From positions 224,001-288,000 of the forward strand of contig OY761614.1 in NCBI GenBank assembly GCA_963664825.1: a stretch of DNA of 64,000 bases, given 5' to 3'. Position numbers and translations under genes: made by a program. The notes below the pieces were generated by a model. That model was not told where the DNA came from. It was given only the letters and a program-made list of their open reading frames with translations, and made no database searches. Origin of the DNA: an uncultured Holophaga sp. (GTDB lineage Bacteria > Acidobacteriota > Holophagae > Holophagales > Holophagaceae). Shown here one piece after another: positions 19,892 to 30,387 of this stretch. Each line of letters starts with the position of its first letter. Position 1 is the first letter of the stretch.

Positions 19892-21219
19892 TATCCCTGC
19901 ACCGGGTGATCCTCCCGGAAGCGCTTCAGGCGCTCCTCCAGGAGGGGGAACTGCTCGCGCTTGACCAGGGAGGTGCAGGCGCGAAGGCCTTCGGTGCGCT
20001 CGCTGCCGGTGATGCCGAGGGTGATGGCGCTGATGCCGTAGTGGACGAGGGCCGAGAGGAGCTCGCCGCCGCCCATGCCGGGGTAGGCGAAGGTGAAATA
20101 GAAGCCATCGGCGATGGGATCCTCCAGATCCCTGTCATAGACGATCCGGAAGCCATTCTCCGTGAAGAGGCGCTTCATCACCTTGGCCTTCTCGCCGTAT
20201 TCCTGGATGGCGGCCACGAAATTGATCTCGCCGTCGTTGACGGCCTTAAGGATGGCGGCCACGGCGTACTGGGCGGAGTGGCTGGTGCCGGAAGTGAGTC
20301 CGTAGATGGCGCCAAAGACCAGGGCGTGGCCCAGCTGGTCCGAATTGAAGAAGCGCAACAGATCGGGGCTGCGCAGCTCCCACACCTTGTCGGAAACCAC
20401 CATCAGGCCCAGACGCTCGCCCGCGTAGCTGAAGGCCTTGGAACTCGAGATGAGCAGGATGTAGTTATCCGTGTAATGGGCCACCGTGGGCTGGAAGGGC
20501 GCCTTCCCTGGGCAGGAGTAGTCCTTGCGGAAGTCCATGGCGAAGTAGGCCAGATCCTCGATGACGACGACGTTGTACTTCGTCGCCAGTTCGCCGATGG
20601 TGCGCAGTTCGTCTTCGGTGAAACAGATCCAGCTGGGGTTATTGGGGCTGGAATAGAGGATGGAGGAGACCTTGCCGGTCTTGAGGTAGGACTCCAACTT
20701 GGCCCGCAGCTTGTCGCCCCGGTAGTCATAGACATCGAAAGACATCGAATTGTGGCCCAGCAGCTTGCACTGGAGCTTCTGCACGGGGAATCCGGGGTCC
20801 AGGTACAGCGTGCCTTCCCGGTCGGCCCACATGCGGTTCACCGTCATGAAGGCCGCCATGCCGCCCATCATGGAGCCCACGGTGGGAACGCAGTGCTCCG
20901 GATCCACATCCACATCCAGGAACAGCTTGGCGAAGCGGGCCGTCTCCTTCTTCAGCGCAGGAATGCCCTGAATATCAGGATAGATGGCCGCCACACCGTC
21001 CTTCAGGGCCTGGATCTGGGCGTCCACGCCGACTTGCAACGCGGGCAGGCCCGGAATGCCCATCTCCATGCGGATGAAGCGCTCCCCGGTCTCCTCTTCA
21101 ATCAGGTCCACGATCTTCTTGATCTCACGGATGGAGGCCACGCCGAGATCCTTCAGACCCAATTCCCGGGTCCGGCGGTTCACCACTTCGGCATTGATGG
21201 GGGTCGGTCTGGAAGCCAT
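19891..21219 (-). CDS. PLP-dependent aminotransferase class I/II
   Basis: SPNNPS, IEDLAY, SSSKAFSYAGERLG (PLP Lys). Confidence 0.9.
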   Translation of the reverse strand: MASRPTPINAEVVNRRTRELGLKDLGVASIREIKKIVDLIEEETGERFIRMEMGIPGLPALQVGVDAQIQALKDGVAAIYPDIQGIPALKKETARFAKLFLDVDVDPEHCVPTVGSMMGGMAAFMTVNRMWADREGTLYLDPGFPVQKLQCKLLGHNSMSFDVYDYRGDKLRAKLESYLKTGKVSSILYSSPNNPSWICFTEDELRTIGELATKYNVVVIEDLAYFAMDFRKDYSCPGKAPFQPTVAHYTDNYILLISSSKAFSYAGERLGLMVVSDKVWELRSPDLLRFFNSDQLGHALVFGAIYGLTSGTSHSAQYAVAAILKAVNDGEINFVAAIQEYGEKAKVMKRLFTENGFRIVYDRDLEDPIADGFYFTFAYPGMGGGELLSALVHYGISAITLGITGSERTEGLRACTSLVKREQFPLLEERLKRFREDHPVQG

Positions 21220-21375
21220 GAGAACTCCGGGGGATTCACCCAAAAAGGGGCACTAGGGCAGGATTGCATCCCGGAAATGCCTGTCAAGAGAGCCCGGCCA
21301 AGGTGTGGGCTAGGTCACAGACTGGGCCTGGGCCGGGCATGCGGATCCAGAGTGAACGTTTTCCCCGAAAAGGGC

Positions 21376-23967
21376 TCAGGGCTTCTGCTCCCGGTATTCA
21401 AGGAAGCCGCTGGTGTCCTTGCGGAGAACATGAAGCAGCTGGTCTCCGTCGAAACCCATCCGAAGGAACGGGTAGCTTCCCGGGTCAGGCCCGGCGAGGG
21501 TCTCATGCCAGCCCAGAGCGTCCTGGTGGAAGACCTTCAGCCCGTGCACACAGCGATAGAGCACCGCGATCCGCGTCCCATCCGGGGAAAGGGTGGCCTT
21601 CGCCGTCGTGCTGGCGCCATCGCTGGAGCGGGATCCGAGCACCACGGGGTCCAGCCAGACGCCCCCCTTCTTCTGCAGGGCGACCAGGGAATAGGTCATC
21701 TGAGGATCAGTGGAACCATATCTTTCGTAGAACACCCATCCATTGTCGGAATCCGTCCAATAGCCTTCCAGGAAGTCATACCAGCCGGCGCTGATGGTCC
21801 CCGTGGGGAGCGTTTGGCCGACCCAGGCGCCGACTGAATTCTTCGTATACTCCACGGCCGAGTTCCAGCTCCCGAACAGGAGGTGGGGCTGACCGGTTGC
21901 ATTCACCCACACGTGATAGGTCCCGATGTTGGAGATCTTGGGATCCACCCCGGCAAGCGATTCCGAAACCCATGCGCCGCTCACCTTGTGGACATAGGTG
22001 AGCGTGTCCGTGGAACCGCCAGAGGGGTTTGTCGCGCTGCTGTGATCCAGCAGCGCATGGGGGCTGCCATCCTTGTCCAGGCAGAAGGCTAGCCCATCGT
22101 TGCCAGTGGTCCAGCTTGAAGCCTTGCCTTGGGTCATCGCTTCGCTCTTCCACTGGGTTCCGTCATACCAATCGTGGAAGAGAACGAGTTCACTGGCGTC
22201 CTGAGAAGCCGTCCGAATGAGAAGGAGGTGGGGCCACCCTGCGGGGTCCGTCCTGAGGAAGGTCGAGGCGATGCGGGTCGGAGCGGCGGGGAAATAGGCG
22301 ACCCAGGGGTCGCCGGTATTGGCCCGAACGCCGAAGGGGGAGCGGGTTCCGAAGGCCCAGGCCCCCTGGGAGCGAAGATCCGCATCATCGGCATCGGGCA
22401 GGCTCAGGGCCGTGGACTTGAGATCCAAGGCATCGGCATGATTCGGCGTGACCGCGGGTGCGCCCGTGCTCGCCGCCTCGAGACTTCCGAGTTTCGCGAC
22501 CACCGTGTATGTGAAGTACCCGAGCCCCGTGACGCTGTCCTCGTACGAGGTCGTCCCAGGTGAAAGAAGGGCCACATCTGATGCATAGCTGGCCCAATAT
22601 CCGGCCCCGAGTCCGCGGCGCAACACCACCTGGTTGGCAGCTTGGCTCCGGTTCTCCCAAGTGACCTTGAATCCCTTGGCCGTGGTCACCACCTGCAGGT
22701 TCACCGGAGCAGACAGCGGCACCGTGACCGCATAAGACATCGCTGTAGGCAGGCTGGCCACGCTCCCACGGAGATTGATCACGCGATAGAAGTATCCCTT
22801 GGCTTCCTGGGCGCTCGTGTCGAGGAAATTCGTCGTGCTGGCCGTCAGCCCAGCCAGAGCCGTCCAGTTTCCTACAAGCTGCCCGTTGGCATCCCCATCC
22901 GAACGTTCGATCCTCGAAGCCTCCGCCTCCTGGGTATTGGCGTACCAGGAGACATAAACACCGCCCTTCGCAGAGTCATAGGAAGCGGTGATCCAACTTG
23001 GAGATGGAAGCCCGCACAGGACGGTATTGGAAGAGACGGAAGCGCTGTGAAGGACTCCCTTCAGGTTGGTGACGCGATAGAGATAGTACTTGTCGCTCAG
23101 GGTCCCTGAATCGAGATACGTGGTGGCGCTCGGGTCCGAAACCGGCAGCGAAATCCAACTGCCCGTGGGCGACCCCCAATTGCTGCATTCGGCCCGTTCC
23201 AGTGTGAATCCATCCACGAGGGGGGCATTCCGATTCCAGGCAATCCGTATGGCCGAGGTCCCCCAATCGTAGGTGGCACTCACCTGGGTCGGTACCATGA
23301 CACCCGTGAACACGGCGGAAGAGGAACTGCTGACCGGACTCGCCAGACTGCCCTTCAGATTGGTGATGCGATAGAGGTAATACTTATCGTTCACAACATC
23401 GGAATCCAAATAGGTGACGGCACTTGAGTCCGCGACAGGCAGCGTGATCCAGTTTCCGATGGGCGATCCCCAGCTTTCGCACTCGGTCCGCTCAATCTTC
23501 AGTCTCTCCGCCACCTGGGAGTTCCGCGCCCAGGAGAGGGCAACGCCTTGGCGCCCCCAGTCGTACTGACCCGCGATCCCGCTTGGCGCAAGGAGCCCCG
23601 TCTGATAATTCGCTTCATTTGAGTAGGAGCTATAGGCGCCCCCACGAACCGCACGAAGGCGGAAGGAGAAGGTCGTCAATTCAGGTAACGTGCCCTGAAA
23701 CGTGAGATACAGGCTCTGGACGTTCCACGGAATGAGATCCGTGTTGAGCTTTTGAAAATCAGCGGTGCCTTTTTTGGCCTCGAGTTCAAGCCCATCCACG
23801 CTACTCCCAGGCGACTGCCAGGACAGCACGACCGTGTCTGGCGAACCACCTGAAGTCACGACCAGCGCGGTAGGAGCCGGCACGCTGGACGTGGGCTGGC
23901 TTCCCCCGCCACCGCATGCATTGAGCAGGAGTAGGATTCCGGGAAGGCAGATCTTCAGATAGCGCAT
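21376..23967 (-). CDS. Large lipoprotein with tandem fibronectin type III repeats
   Basis: Lipobox LLNAC-GGGGS; repeated LSW...IER...TYLDS...YxYRV units; C-terminal repeated DxxGxPH motifs. Confidence 0.8.
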   Translation of the reverse strand: MRYLKICLPGILLLLNACGGGGSQPTSSVPAPTALVVTSGGSPDTVVLSWQSPGSSVDGLELEAKKGTADFQKLNTDLIPWNVQSLYLTFQGTLPELTTFSFRLRAVRGGAYSSYSNEANYQTGLLAPSGIAGQYDWGRQGVALSWARNSQVAERLKIERTECESWGSPIGNWITLPVADSSAVTYLDSDVVNDKYYLYRITNLKGSLASPVSSSSSAVFTGVMVPTQVSATYDWGTSAIRIAWNRNAPLVDGFTLERAECSNWGSPTGSWISLPVSDPSATTYLDSGTLSDKYYLYRVTNLKGVLHSASVSSNTVLCGLPSPSWITASYDSAKGGVYVSWYANTQEAEASRIERSDGDANGQLVGNWTALAGLTASTTNFLDTSAQEAKGYFYRVINLRGSVASLPTAMSYAVTVPLSAPVNLQVVTTAKGFKVTWENRSQAANQVVLRRGLGAGYWASYASDVALLSPGTTSYEDSVTGLGYFTYTVVAKLGSLEAASTGAPAVTPNHADALDLKSTALSLPDADDADLRSQGAWAFGTRSPFGVRANTGDPWVAYFPAAPTRIASTFLRTDPAGWPHLLLIRTASQDASELVLFHDWYDGTQWKSEAMTQGKASSWTTGNDGLAFCLDKDGSPHALLDHSSATNPSGGSTDTLTYVHKVSGAWVSESLAGVDPKISNIGTYHVWVNATGQPHLLFGSWNSAVEYTKNSVGAWVGQTLPTGTISAGWYDFLEGYWTDSDNGWVFYERYGSTDPQMTYSLVALQKKGGVWLDPVVLGSRSSDGASTTAKATLSPDGTRIAVLYRCVHGLKVFHQDALGWHETLAGPDPGSYPFLRMGFDGDQLLHVLRKDTSGFLEYREQKP

Positions 23968-24296
23968 CACACGCACCCCATTTGCAATAATTAATCCAAC
24001 ATTAGATCCCAAAAAACAATCGAGGGAAAGACATTCATCAAGAACCTTCGCCGGAAATTTAAACTTTCCAGGATCGATAGTCTCCAAATTCAAACGGGGT
24101 CCCTGGGCATCCGGCCGGACCGGATTCGAAGCAGAGGACTACCTCCTTCTACGATGGATGGAGATCTCCAGGCAGAGGAGGCCGCCGTACCCCCCCTGGC
24201 CCCAAATCCTTGGTAAAATCCAATATCGGTCTCTTGCCCTTGTTTCTTGGGAGCCCTCCAGGGATCGGCCATTGTGTCTGCCTGAATGGACGAAAT

Positions 24297-26003
24297 ATGA
24301 CCCCTGAATTCCCCGCCCCCGAGACCCGCAGCCTCCACTTCATCGAGGAGATCCTGGAGGCCGATCTGGCCTCCCAGAAACACGGCGGGCGCGTCATGAC
24401 GCGCTTCCCCCCGGAGCCCAACGGCTACCTCCACATCGGCCACGCCAAATCCATCTGCATCAACTTCGGCCTGGCCCAGAAGTACGGCGGGAAGACGAAC
24501 CTGCGCTTCGACGACACGAACCCCACGAAGGAAGATATCGAATACGTGGATTCCATCCGGGAGGACGTGCACTGGCTGGGATTTGAATGGGCCGGGGAGC
24601 ACTACGCCAGCGATTACTTCCCCTTCCTCTACGACTATGCGGAGTATCTCATTGGGCAGGGCAAGGCCTATGTCTGCGATCTATCCGACGAGGAGATCAA
24701 GGAATACCGGGGAAATTTCTATAACCCGGGCAAGGAGAGCCCCTACCGGAATCGCACGGTGGAAGAAAACCTCGATCTCTTCCGGCGCATGAGGGCAGGG
24801 GAGTTTCCGGATGGTTCGCGCACACTGCGGGCGAAAATCGATATGCAGTCCCCCAACATGAACCTGCGGGATCCCCTCATGTACCGCATCAAGCGCGCCC
24901 ATCATCACCGCACGGGCGACGCCTGGCTCATCTACCCGATGTACGATTTCGCCCACGGCGTCAGCGATGCCCTGGAGACCATCACCCACTCCATCTGCAC
25001 CCTCGAATTCGAGGACCATCGCCCGCTGTACGAGTGGTTTCTCGAACAAGACGTGGAGGGGAAATTTTTCCAGCGCCCCCTGCCCCGCCAGATCGAATTC
25101 GCGCGCCTCAACCTCACCCACACGGTGATGAGTAAGCGCCGCCTCCTCCAGCTCGTGCAAGAAAACCAGGTGCAGGGCTGGGACGATCCCCGCATGCCCA
25201 CCATCTGCGGCCTGCGCCGCCGGGGCTACACGCCGGAAGCCGTGCGCGCCTTCGCCGAGCATGTGGGCGTGGCCAAACGCGATATGGTGGCCGACGTGGA
25301 GCTGTTGGAACACTGCATCCGGCAGGACCTGGAAGCCCGTGCCCCCCGCGCCATGGCCGTGCTGCGCCCCCTGAAGTTGGTCATCACCAACATGAGCGAG
25401 GCTGAAACCTTCGAAGTGGAGCTGCCCCGTCACCCCGAGCATCCGGAACTGGGCACGCGCAGGATCCCCTTCTCCCACGAGCTCTGGATCGACCAGGACG
25501 ATTTCCGGGAGGAGGCCCCCAAGAAGTGGTTCCGCCTGGCCCCCGGCGCCGAGGTGCGCCTGCGGGGCGCGGCCCTCGTGCGCTGCGAGGAGATTGTGAA
25601 GGATTCGACAGGCGCTGTCGTGGAGCTGCGCTGCACCTGGGACCCGGCCTCCAAGGGAGGCAACGCCCCGGATGGCCGCAAGGTGAAGGGCACCATCCAC
25701 TGGGTGAGCGCGAGGCACGCCCTGGACGCCGAGGTGCGGCTCTACGAGCAGCTCTTCCTAGCCGACGACCCCATGGACGTGCCCGAGAGCCAGGACTGGC
25801 ACCAGGGCATCAATCCCCAGAGTCTGGAGATCCTCCGAGCCAAGCTGGAGCCCAGCCTGGCCTCGGCCCAGCCCGGCGAGCGCTTCCAGTTCGAGCGTAC
25901 TGGATATTTCGCCGTGGACCTGGATTCCAAACCCGGCGCCCTGGTCTTCAACCGCACCGTGGGCCTAAAGGACAGCTGGTCCAAGATCGAGGCGAAGGGC
26001 TGA
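24297..26003 (+). CDS. glnS: Glutamine--tRNA ligase
   Basis: [54 protein letters not shown]. Confidence 0.97.
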   Translation: MTPEFPAPETRSLHFIEEILEADLASQKHGGRVMTRFPPEPNGYLHIGHAKSICINFGLAQKYGGKTNLRFDDTNPTKEDIEYVDSIREDVHWLGFEWAGEHYASDYFPFLYDYAEYLIGQGKAYVCDLSDEEIKEYRGNFYNPGKESPYRNRTVEENLDLFRRMRAGEFPDGSRTLRAKIDMQSPNMNLRDPLMYRIKRAHHHRTGDAWLIYPMYDFAHGVSDALETITHSICTLEFEDHRPLYEWFLEQDVEGKFFQRPLPRQIEFARLNLTHTVMSKRRLLQLVQENQVQGWDDPRMPTICGLRRRGYTPEAVRAFAEHVGVAKRDMVADVELLEHCIRQDLEARAPRAMAVLRPLKLVITNMSEAETFEVELPRHPEHPELGTRRIPFSHELWIDQDDFREEAPKKWFRLAPGAEVRLRGAALVRCEEIVKDSTGAVVELRCTWDPASKGGNAPDGRKVKGTIHWVSARHALDAEVRLYEQLFLADDPMDVPESQDWHQGINPQSLEILRAKLEPSLASAQPGERFQFERTGYFAVDLDSKPGALVFNRTVGLKDSWSKIEAKG

Positions 26004-26017
26004 ACCTCCTGGGCCAC

Positions 26018-26106
26018 CATCCGACACGGCGAAGCCGTGGAGGATAGGACGGAACGGCCCGTCAGGGCCGTTGCCGCCCGAAGGGCGCGGGCCAGCGGCC
26101 CGCGTC
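26018..26106. repeat. Cluster of short GC-rich hairpins between convergent genes
   Basis: cacggc-gaa-gccgtg; aacggccc-gtca-gggccgtt; cgcgggcc-agc-ggcccgcg. Confidence 0.55.
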
Positions 26107-26136
26107 ACGATCGAAGCCGAGGACTTACTGGGGACC

Positions 26137-27453
26137 CTATTTCAGGCTGTCCTTGTAGATCTTCCCGTCCTTCATGATCACGAGGAAGTTCTTCGCCGGA
26201 TCCTCGATGAGCCTGAGGTTGGCGATGGGGTCGCCATCCACCAGCAGGAGATCGGCCAGGGCGCCCTCCTGCACCAGACCCAGCTTCCCCGGGTAGGGAT
26301 TGCGAGGCCCGGAGAGGGCCAGCAGCTCGGCATTGGTGCTGGTCCCCATCACCAGCGTCTCGGCGGGTGTGAACCAGCGCACCATCTTGGCCAGCTGGGC
26401 CCCCTGGCGGGCCGCCAGCTTGGCGTCGAAGAGCACGTCGGTACCCCAGGCCAGCTTGACGTGGTGCTTCTTCGCAAGCGCATAGGCCGTATCGGTGCCC
26501 TTGTGCATCTGGAGCATCTTGACGTGGTTCTCCGAGCCGACCGGGAAAGGCGCCGCGTCCTCATCGTCCAGGAAGGGCTGGAGGCAGAGCCAGATCCCCT
26601 TGTCGGCGATGAGCCTGGCGGTGGCCTCGTCCATCAGCTGCCCGTGGTCGATGCAGCGCACGCCCGCGCGGATGGCCGTCTGGATGGCACGAGGCGTGTA
26701 GGCGTGGACCGTCACGTAGGTGCCCATGTTCTCCGCGGCCTCCACGGCTGCGTGGAACTCGGCCTCCGTGTACTGGCTGGCGTCCAGGGGATCGTAGTTC
26801 GAAGCCACGCCGCCCCCAGCGGCCAGCTTCAGGAAGACGGAGCCGCGCATAAACTGCTCCCGGGCCCGCAGGCGCACCTCGTCGGGATTATCGGCGATGG
26901 CCGAGGCCCCGGTCACTTCCTGATGGCTCAGGGTCCCGATGGCCTTCGGCACCTCGAAGGGCATCCGGAAGTCCCCGTGGCCACCGGTTTGCGAGATCAT
27001 GGCCCCGGACGGCCAGATCCTGGGCCCCTCCACCACGCCCGTATCGATGGCCCGTTTGAGACCGAAGACCGGGCCCGACAGATCGCGCACGCTGGTGAAA
27101 CCCCGCAGGAGCGTATTGCGGGCCTCCCTGCCCGCCACCAGCACCAGGTAGCCCTCGTCGGCGGTGAGCATCACGGCCTCCGGCAGCACCGCCATCATGG
27201 AGTGCCAGTGGGCATCGATGAGTCCGGGCATCAAGGTGCGACCGCCCCCCTGGATGACACGGGCGCCTTCCGCGGGGATGGGAATACTAGAGATCTTCTC
27301 GATCCGGTTGCCCTTCACCAGCACATGGGAGGGTGCAGACAAGGCATGGGCCTTGCCATCGAAGATGCGGACATTTTCGAACAGGACCGCGTCCTGCGCC
27401 AGCGCCGCCCAGCCGATGAGAAGCGCGAAGGAAAGCAACGTCTTGCGTCGCAT
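26137..27453 (-). CDS. Secreted metal-dependent amidohydrolase (prolidase-like)
   Basis: Signal peptide; PGLIDAHWH, VHAY, IDHG, WGTD, ADLLLVDGDP. Confidence 0.9.
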   Translation of the reverse strand: MRRKTLLSFALLIGWAALAQDAVLFENVRIFDGKAHALSAPSHVLVKGNRIEKISSIPIPAEGARVIQGGGRTLMPGLIDAHWHSMMAVLPEAVMLTADEGYLVLVAGREARNTLLRGFTSVRDLSGPVFGLKRAIDTGVVEGPRIWPSGAMISQTGGHGDFRMPFEVPKAIGTLSHQEVTGASAIADNPDEVRLRAREQFMRGSVFLKLAAGGGVASNYDPLDASQYTEAEFHAAVEAAENMGTYVTVHAYTPRAIQTAIRAGVRCIDHGQLMDEATARLIADKGIWLCLQPFLDDEDAAPFPVGSENHVKMLQMHKGTDTAYALAKKHHVKLAWGTDVLFDAKLAARQGAQLAKMVRWFTPAETLVMGTSTNAELLALSGPRNPYPGKLGLVQEGALADLLLVDGDPIANLRLIEDPAKNFLVIMKDGKIYKDSLK

Positions 27454-27563
27454 GGGACCTCCAGATTGGGGAGAGAATGCGAAATTCTAGCCCCATCCCG
27501 GGTCCAATGTGCCTTAGGAAAACAAGGGAGGAAGGCCGATCCCTCCCAGGTGCCCACAAAGCC

Positions 27564-27593
27564 GAAGGGCCGCGGGTTGCCCCGCGGCCCTTC
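27564..27593 (-). terminator. Probable terminator of tonB-exb operon
   Basis: 13-bp stem gaagggccgcggg / cccgcggcccttc with GCAA loop on minus strand; weak U-tract. Confidence 0.6.
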
Positions 27594-27615
27594 TGTCATT
27601 CAACGTTCAAACCGT

Positions 27616-28098
27616 TCAGGGATTCCGCTTCTTCACGGAGGTGGCAACCTTGACTTCGCCCCCGTCCAATCCGCCCCATTCGGGCTTCGCGGCGGTTTCC
27701 TTCCGGGCCCGGTCGGAAGCGACACGGATCTGGTCCAGCACCTGCACGGCCACTTGGTAGGGCGTCTCCTCGTCGATCTTGACGAAGACCTTGCGCATGC
27801 CCGCAGGCTGCAGCTGCACCACCGGGGTCAGCCGATTGGCGATCTCGGTGAGGTCCAGGGGTTCGCCCTGGAGCTTGATGACATAGGCCTTGTTGTCGGC
27901 CGTGGGATCCACATCCACCACGAGGCGCTCGTCCTTGATGTTCTTGGGCAGCGGCTCGTTCGTCTTGACCACCTGAGGCACGACGACGGGCATGGACTTG
28001 GACATGCCCGGCACCATCACGATGAAGATGATGAGGAGCACCAGCACGATGTCGATCAGCGGAGTGACGTTGATATCGGACTTCGTGTGACTGCTCAT
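27616..28098 (-). CDS. exbD: Biopolymer transport protein ExbD/TolR (second copy)
   Basis: INVTPLIDIVLVLLIIFIV. Confidence 0.9.
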   Translation of the reverse strand: MSSHTKSDINVTPLIDIVLVLLIIFIVMVPGMSKSMPVVVPQVVKTNEPLPKNIKDERLVVDVDPTADNKAYVIKLQGEPLDLTEIANRLTPVVQLQPAGMRKVFVKIDEETPYQVAVQVLDQIRVASDRARKETAAKPEWGGLDGGEVKVATSVKKRNP

Positions 28099-28607
28099 TT
28101 CGCGTCCTCCTTGCCCTTGTCCTCGGCAGTGACGATGGAGGCCTCGTCAGCTCCGCCCTCACGGCAGATCTGGAAGAGCTTGTCCACATACTTGTAGGGC
28201 AGGTCCGCATCCGCCTTGACGAATACGCGCTTGTCCGACAGCTGATCGGTGGAGGCCTTGATGAACCTCACCAGGGCGGCGCGACCCTCGTCGGTGGTCA
28301 TGTCCCAACCCTTGACGCCCTTGCCTTCGCGCTTGGCGGCCTCATCGTCCAACTGGACGAAACCGGGAACGACGACGCCATCCTTGGATTTTTCGTTATC
28401 GCGGCCGAGCATCAGGTTCAGGTATTTAGCACCCTGTTCCACTACGGCCTTTTCAGAGTGTTTGGCAAGGGGCAGCTTCACAGCAGCGTTCACAGCAGGC
28501 GTGATCACGATGAAGATGATCAGAAGCACCAAACAGATGTCCACCAGAGGCGTAACATTGATGTCTGACTTTACGCCGCCGCCCTTACCGCCTACGTCCA
28601 TACTCAT
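28095..28607 (-). CDS. exbD: Biopolymer transport protein ExbD/TolR (first copy)
   Basis: INVTPLVDICLVLLIIFIV; VFVKAD..LPY; RBS gaggag; ATGA overlap with next gene. Confidence 0.9.
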   Translation of the reverse strand: MSMDVGGKGGGVKSDINVTPLVDICLVLLIIFIVITPAVNAAVKLPLAKHSEKAVVEQGAKYLNLMLGRDNEKSKDGVVVPGFVQLDDEAAKREGKGVKGWDMTTDEGRAALVRFIKASTDQLSDKRVFVKADADLPYKYVDKLFQICREGGADEASIVTAEDKGKEDAK

Positions 28608-28626
28608 AGGTATCTCCTCGAGTTGG

Positions 28627-28654
28627 GCGCGGGGGGCTTTGTCACCCCCCGCGC
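28627..28654. other. Intra-operon hairpin between exbB and exbD
   Basis: gcgcgggggg-8 nt-ccccccgcgc. Confidence 0.55.
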
Positions 28655-28668
28655 GGGTGGAAGGGTAA

Positions 28669-29391
28669 TTAGCTCTGGCTCTCCCGACGGATGAACTCAT
28701 CGATCATCTGGGAAGCCGCATTGTTGATGGTGGTGATGGTCTTGTCCTGCAGGTTCGTGTAGTAGTTGAAGATCCACACGGCGGGGATGGCGACCACCAG
28801 ACCGAGGGCGGTGGTGCCGAGGGCCTCACCGATGGAACCGGCCAGCGCGTTGATGTCGCCAGCGCCCTTTTCCTTCAGGGTGGAGAACACGGCGATGATG
28901 CCCCACACGGTGCCCAGCAGGCCGATGAAGGGGGAGCAGGAAGCGATGGTGGCCAGGGTGCCCATGCCCTTCTTGAGGAGCTCGGTCACTTCGGCGGTGC
29001 CACGGATGATGGCGCGCTCGACGGGCTGGATCACGTCATGGTTCTCGTGAAGGGCCTTGAGCTGCTTTTCATACTGGAAGATGTCCAGGCCGTGCTTCAG
29101 CACGAGGGCGATGTGGCTCTTGTTGTGGGTGGTGGCGGCGCGACGGGCGGCTTCGAAATCACCGCGGCGCAGGGTGTCCATGAAGAGCTTGAGGAACTTC
29201 TTGGAGGCGGAGCTGCTCTGGGCATACATGATGCCGCGCTCGACGGCCATGTAGACCTGGAGGGCGAGGAGGATGAGCAGGACAGTGATGATGCCCTTGT
29301 TGAAGACCGTGGCCGCAGCCCAGATTTCCATGGGGCCGAAGGCGTGGCCCGACAGCAGACCGAAGTTGACGGTATCGAGGAGGAAGTTCAT
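28669..29391 (-). CDS. exbB: MotA/TolQ/ExbB proton channel protein
   Basis: LATIAS.SPFIGLLGTVWGI, IGEAL.TTALGL.VAIPA. Confidence 0.92.
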   Translation of the reverse strand: MNFLLDTVNFGLLSGHAFGPMEIWAAATVFNKGIITVLLILLALQVYMAVERGIMYAQSSSASKKFLKLFMDTLRRGDFEAARRAATTHNKSHIALVLKHGLDIFQYEKQLKALHENHDVIQPVERAIIRGTAEVTELLKKGMGTLATIASCSPFIGLLGTVWGIIAVFSTLKEKGAGDINALAGSIGEALGTTALGLVVAIPAVWIFNYYTNLQDKTITTINNAASQMIDEFIRRESQS

Positions 29392-29458
29392 TGGGATTCC
29401 TTTAGGTGGGGGAAGGAGAAGTTACGAAGGAAATCAGAGGATTCGGATCAGGACGCGA

Positions 29459-30274
29459 CTATCTCAGTTTGAAGTTCAGGGTCAGTTTGAACTTGGCGGG
29501 CTGGGGGACGCCATTCAGCATGGCGGGTTCGAAGCGCCAGTTCATGGCGTAACCCTCCGCCATGGGCCGAAGCTGGGGCGGGCCCTCGAGGGCCACAGCC
29601 TTGATGGGAACACCATCGATGCCGATGATGATTTCCACCGTCACCGTGCCCTGGATCTTGGCGATCTTGGCGAGGGGCGGATAGGGGGGCTGAGGGGGCT
29701 GATGCTTGATCCGGATCTGACTGAAGTCGAAATCCACCACCTTGCTGGTGCTGGAACCGGAACCAGCTACCGCCATACCCGTACCACCGACACCGCCACC
29801 GGCCACGGAAGGACCGCTGCCGCCGACCTGACCACCCTGGCCCGCATAGGCCATGGAGAGATCCCGGGTGGGCAACGCGCGGGGCGCGACGTCAGGCACG
29901 ATATCCTGGTTGGGGTTGATGGGAGGCGGAGGCGGCGCATCCTGCCGTTCGACCTTGGGAGCCGCGGGACGGGCCGCGGGAGCCGGGGGCGGAGGCGGAG
30001 GCGGGGGCGGAGGCGGCGCATCCGTCTGCTCCTGCAGATCGAGACCGATGGTGGCCTTGACAACATTCTTGCCGACCTGGGTCTGGGTCACCATCACCCA
30101 GGCCAAGCCGCCGAACACCGCATAGCTGGCCAGTGTCAGGGGAATCGCGACCAGCGGATTGGCACGCTGGACGGAGCCATTGCCTTCCGCCAGCGAGGTC
30201 CGATAGACCAATTCCTCCAAATTCACTGGAGTTTCCCCTTTCGGAGGAGGGTTGGGATTGGGGTCTTTGCTCAT
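29459..30274 (-). CDS. tonB: Energy transducer TonB
   Basis: N-terminal TM, poly-Pro linker, PPYP..A...IQG.V, WRFEPA..NG. Confidence 0.9.
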   Translation of the reverse strand: MSKDPNPNPPPKGETPVNLEELVYRTSLAEGNGSVQRANPLVAIPLTLASYAVFGGLAWVMVTQTQVGKNVVKATIGLDLQEQTDAPPPPPPPPPPPAPAARPAAPKVERQDAPPPPPINPNQDIVPDVAPRALPTRDLSMAYAGQGGQVGGSGPSVAGGGVGGTGMAVAGSGSSTSKVVDFDFSQIRIKHQPPQPPYPPLAKIAKIQGTVTVEIIIGIDGVPIKAVALEGPPQLRPMAEGYAMNWRFEPAMLNGVPQPAKFKLTLNFKLR

Positions 30275-30306
30275 GCGACTCCCGTAGAAGAACCTGAATG
30301 TTGGGG

Positions 30307-30349
30307 AAAAAAGTGGAGCCGAACCCGCTGACTGGCTGGTTCGGCTCAC
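30307..30349 (-). terminator. Terminator-like hairpin in the tonB leader
   Basis: Minus strand gagccgaacc-12 nt-ggttcggctc-cac-TTTTTT, ending about 30 nt before the tonB start. Confidence 0.6.
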
Positions 30350-30387
30350 GAACTGACAAGGAAAGAACTGGGACAGGCCCAGCGGCT

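Noticed and set aside
19906..21837. Long antisense ORFs (e.g. 19906-21837, 26071-28197, 39350-41587, 46466-48439, 50208-52088, 62226-63971)
   Set aside because: Shadow frames of real opposite-strand genes, expected with high GC3; no recognisable motifs.
27616..28607. Duplicated exbD
   Set aside because: Two exbD paralogues per operon are common, and both keep the TM Asp.
29920..30020. ggcgga tandem repeats
   Set aside because: Simply encode the TonB poly-Pro linker.
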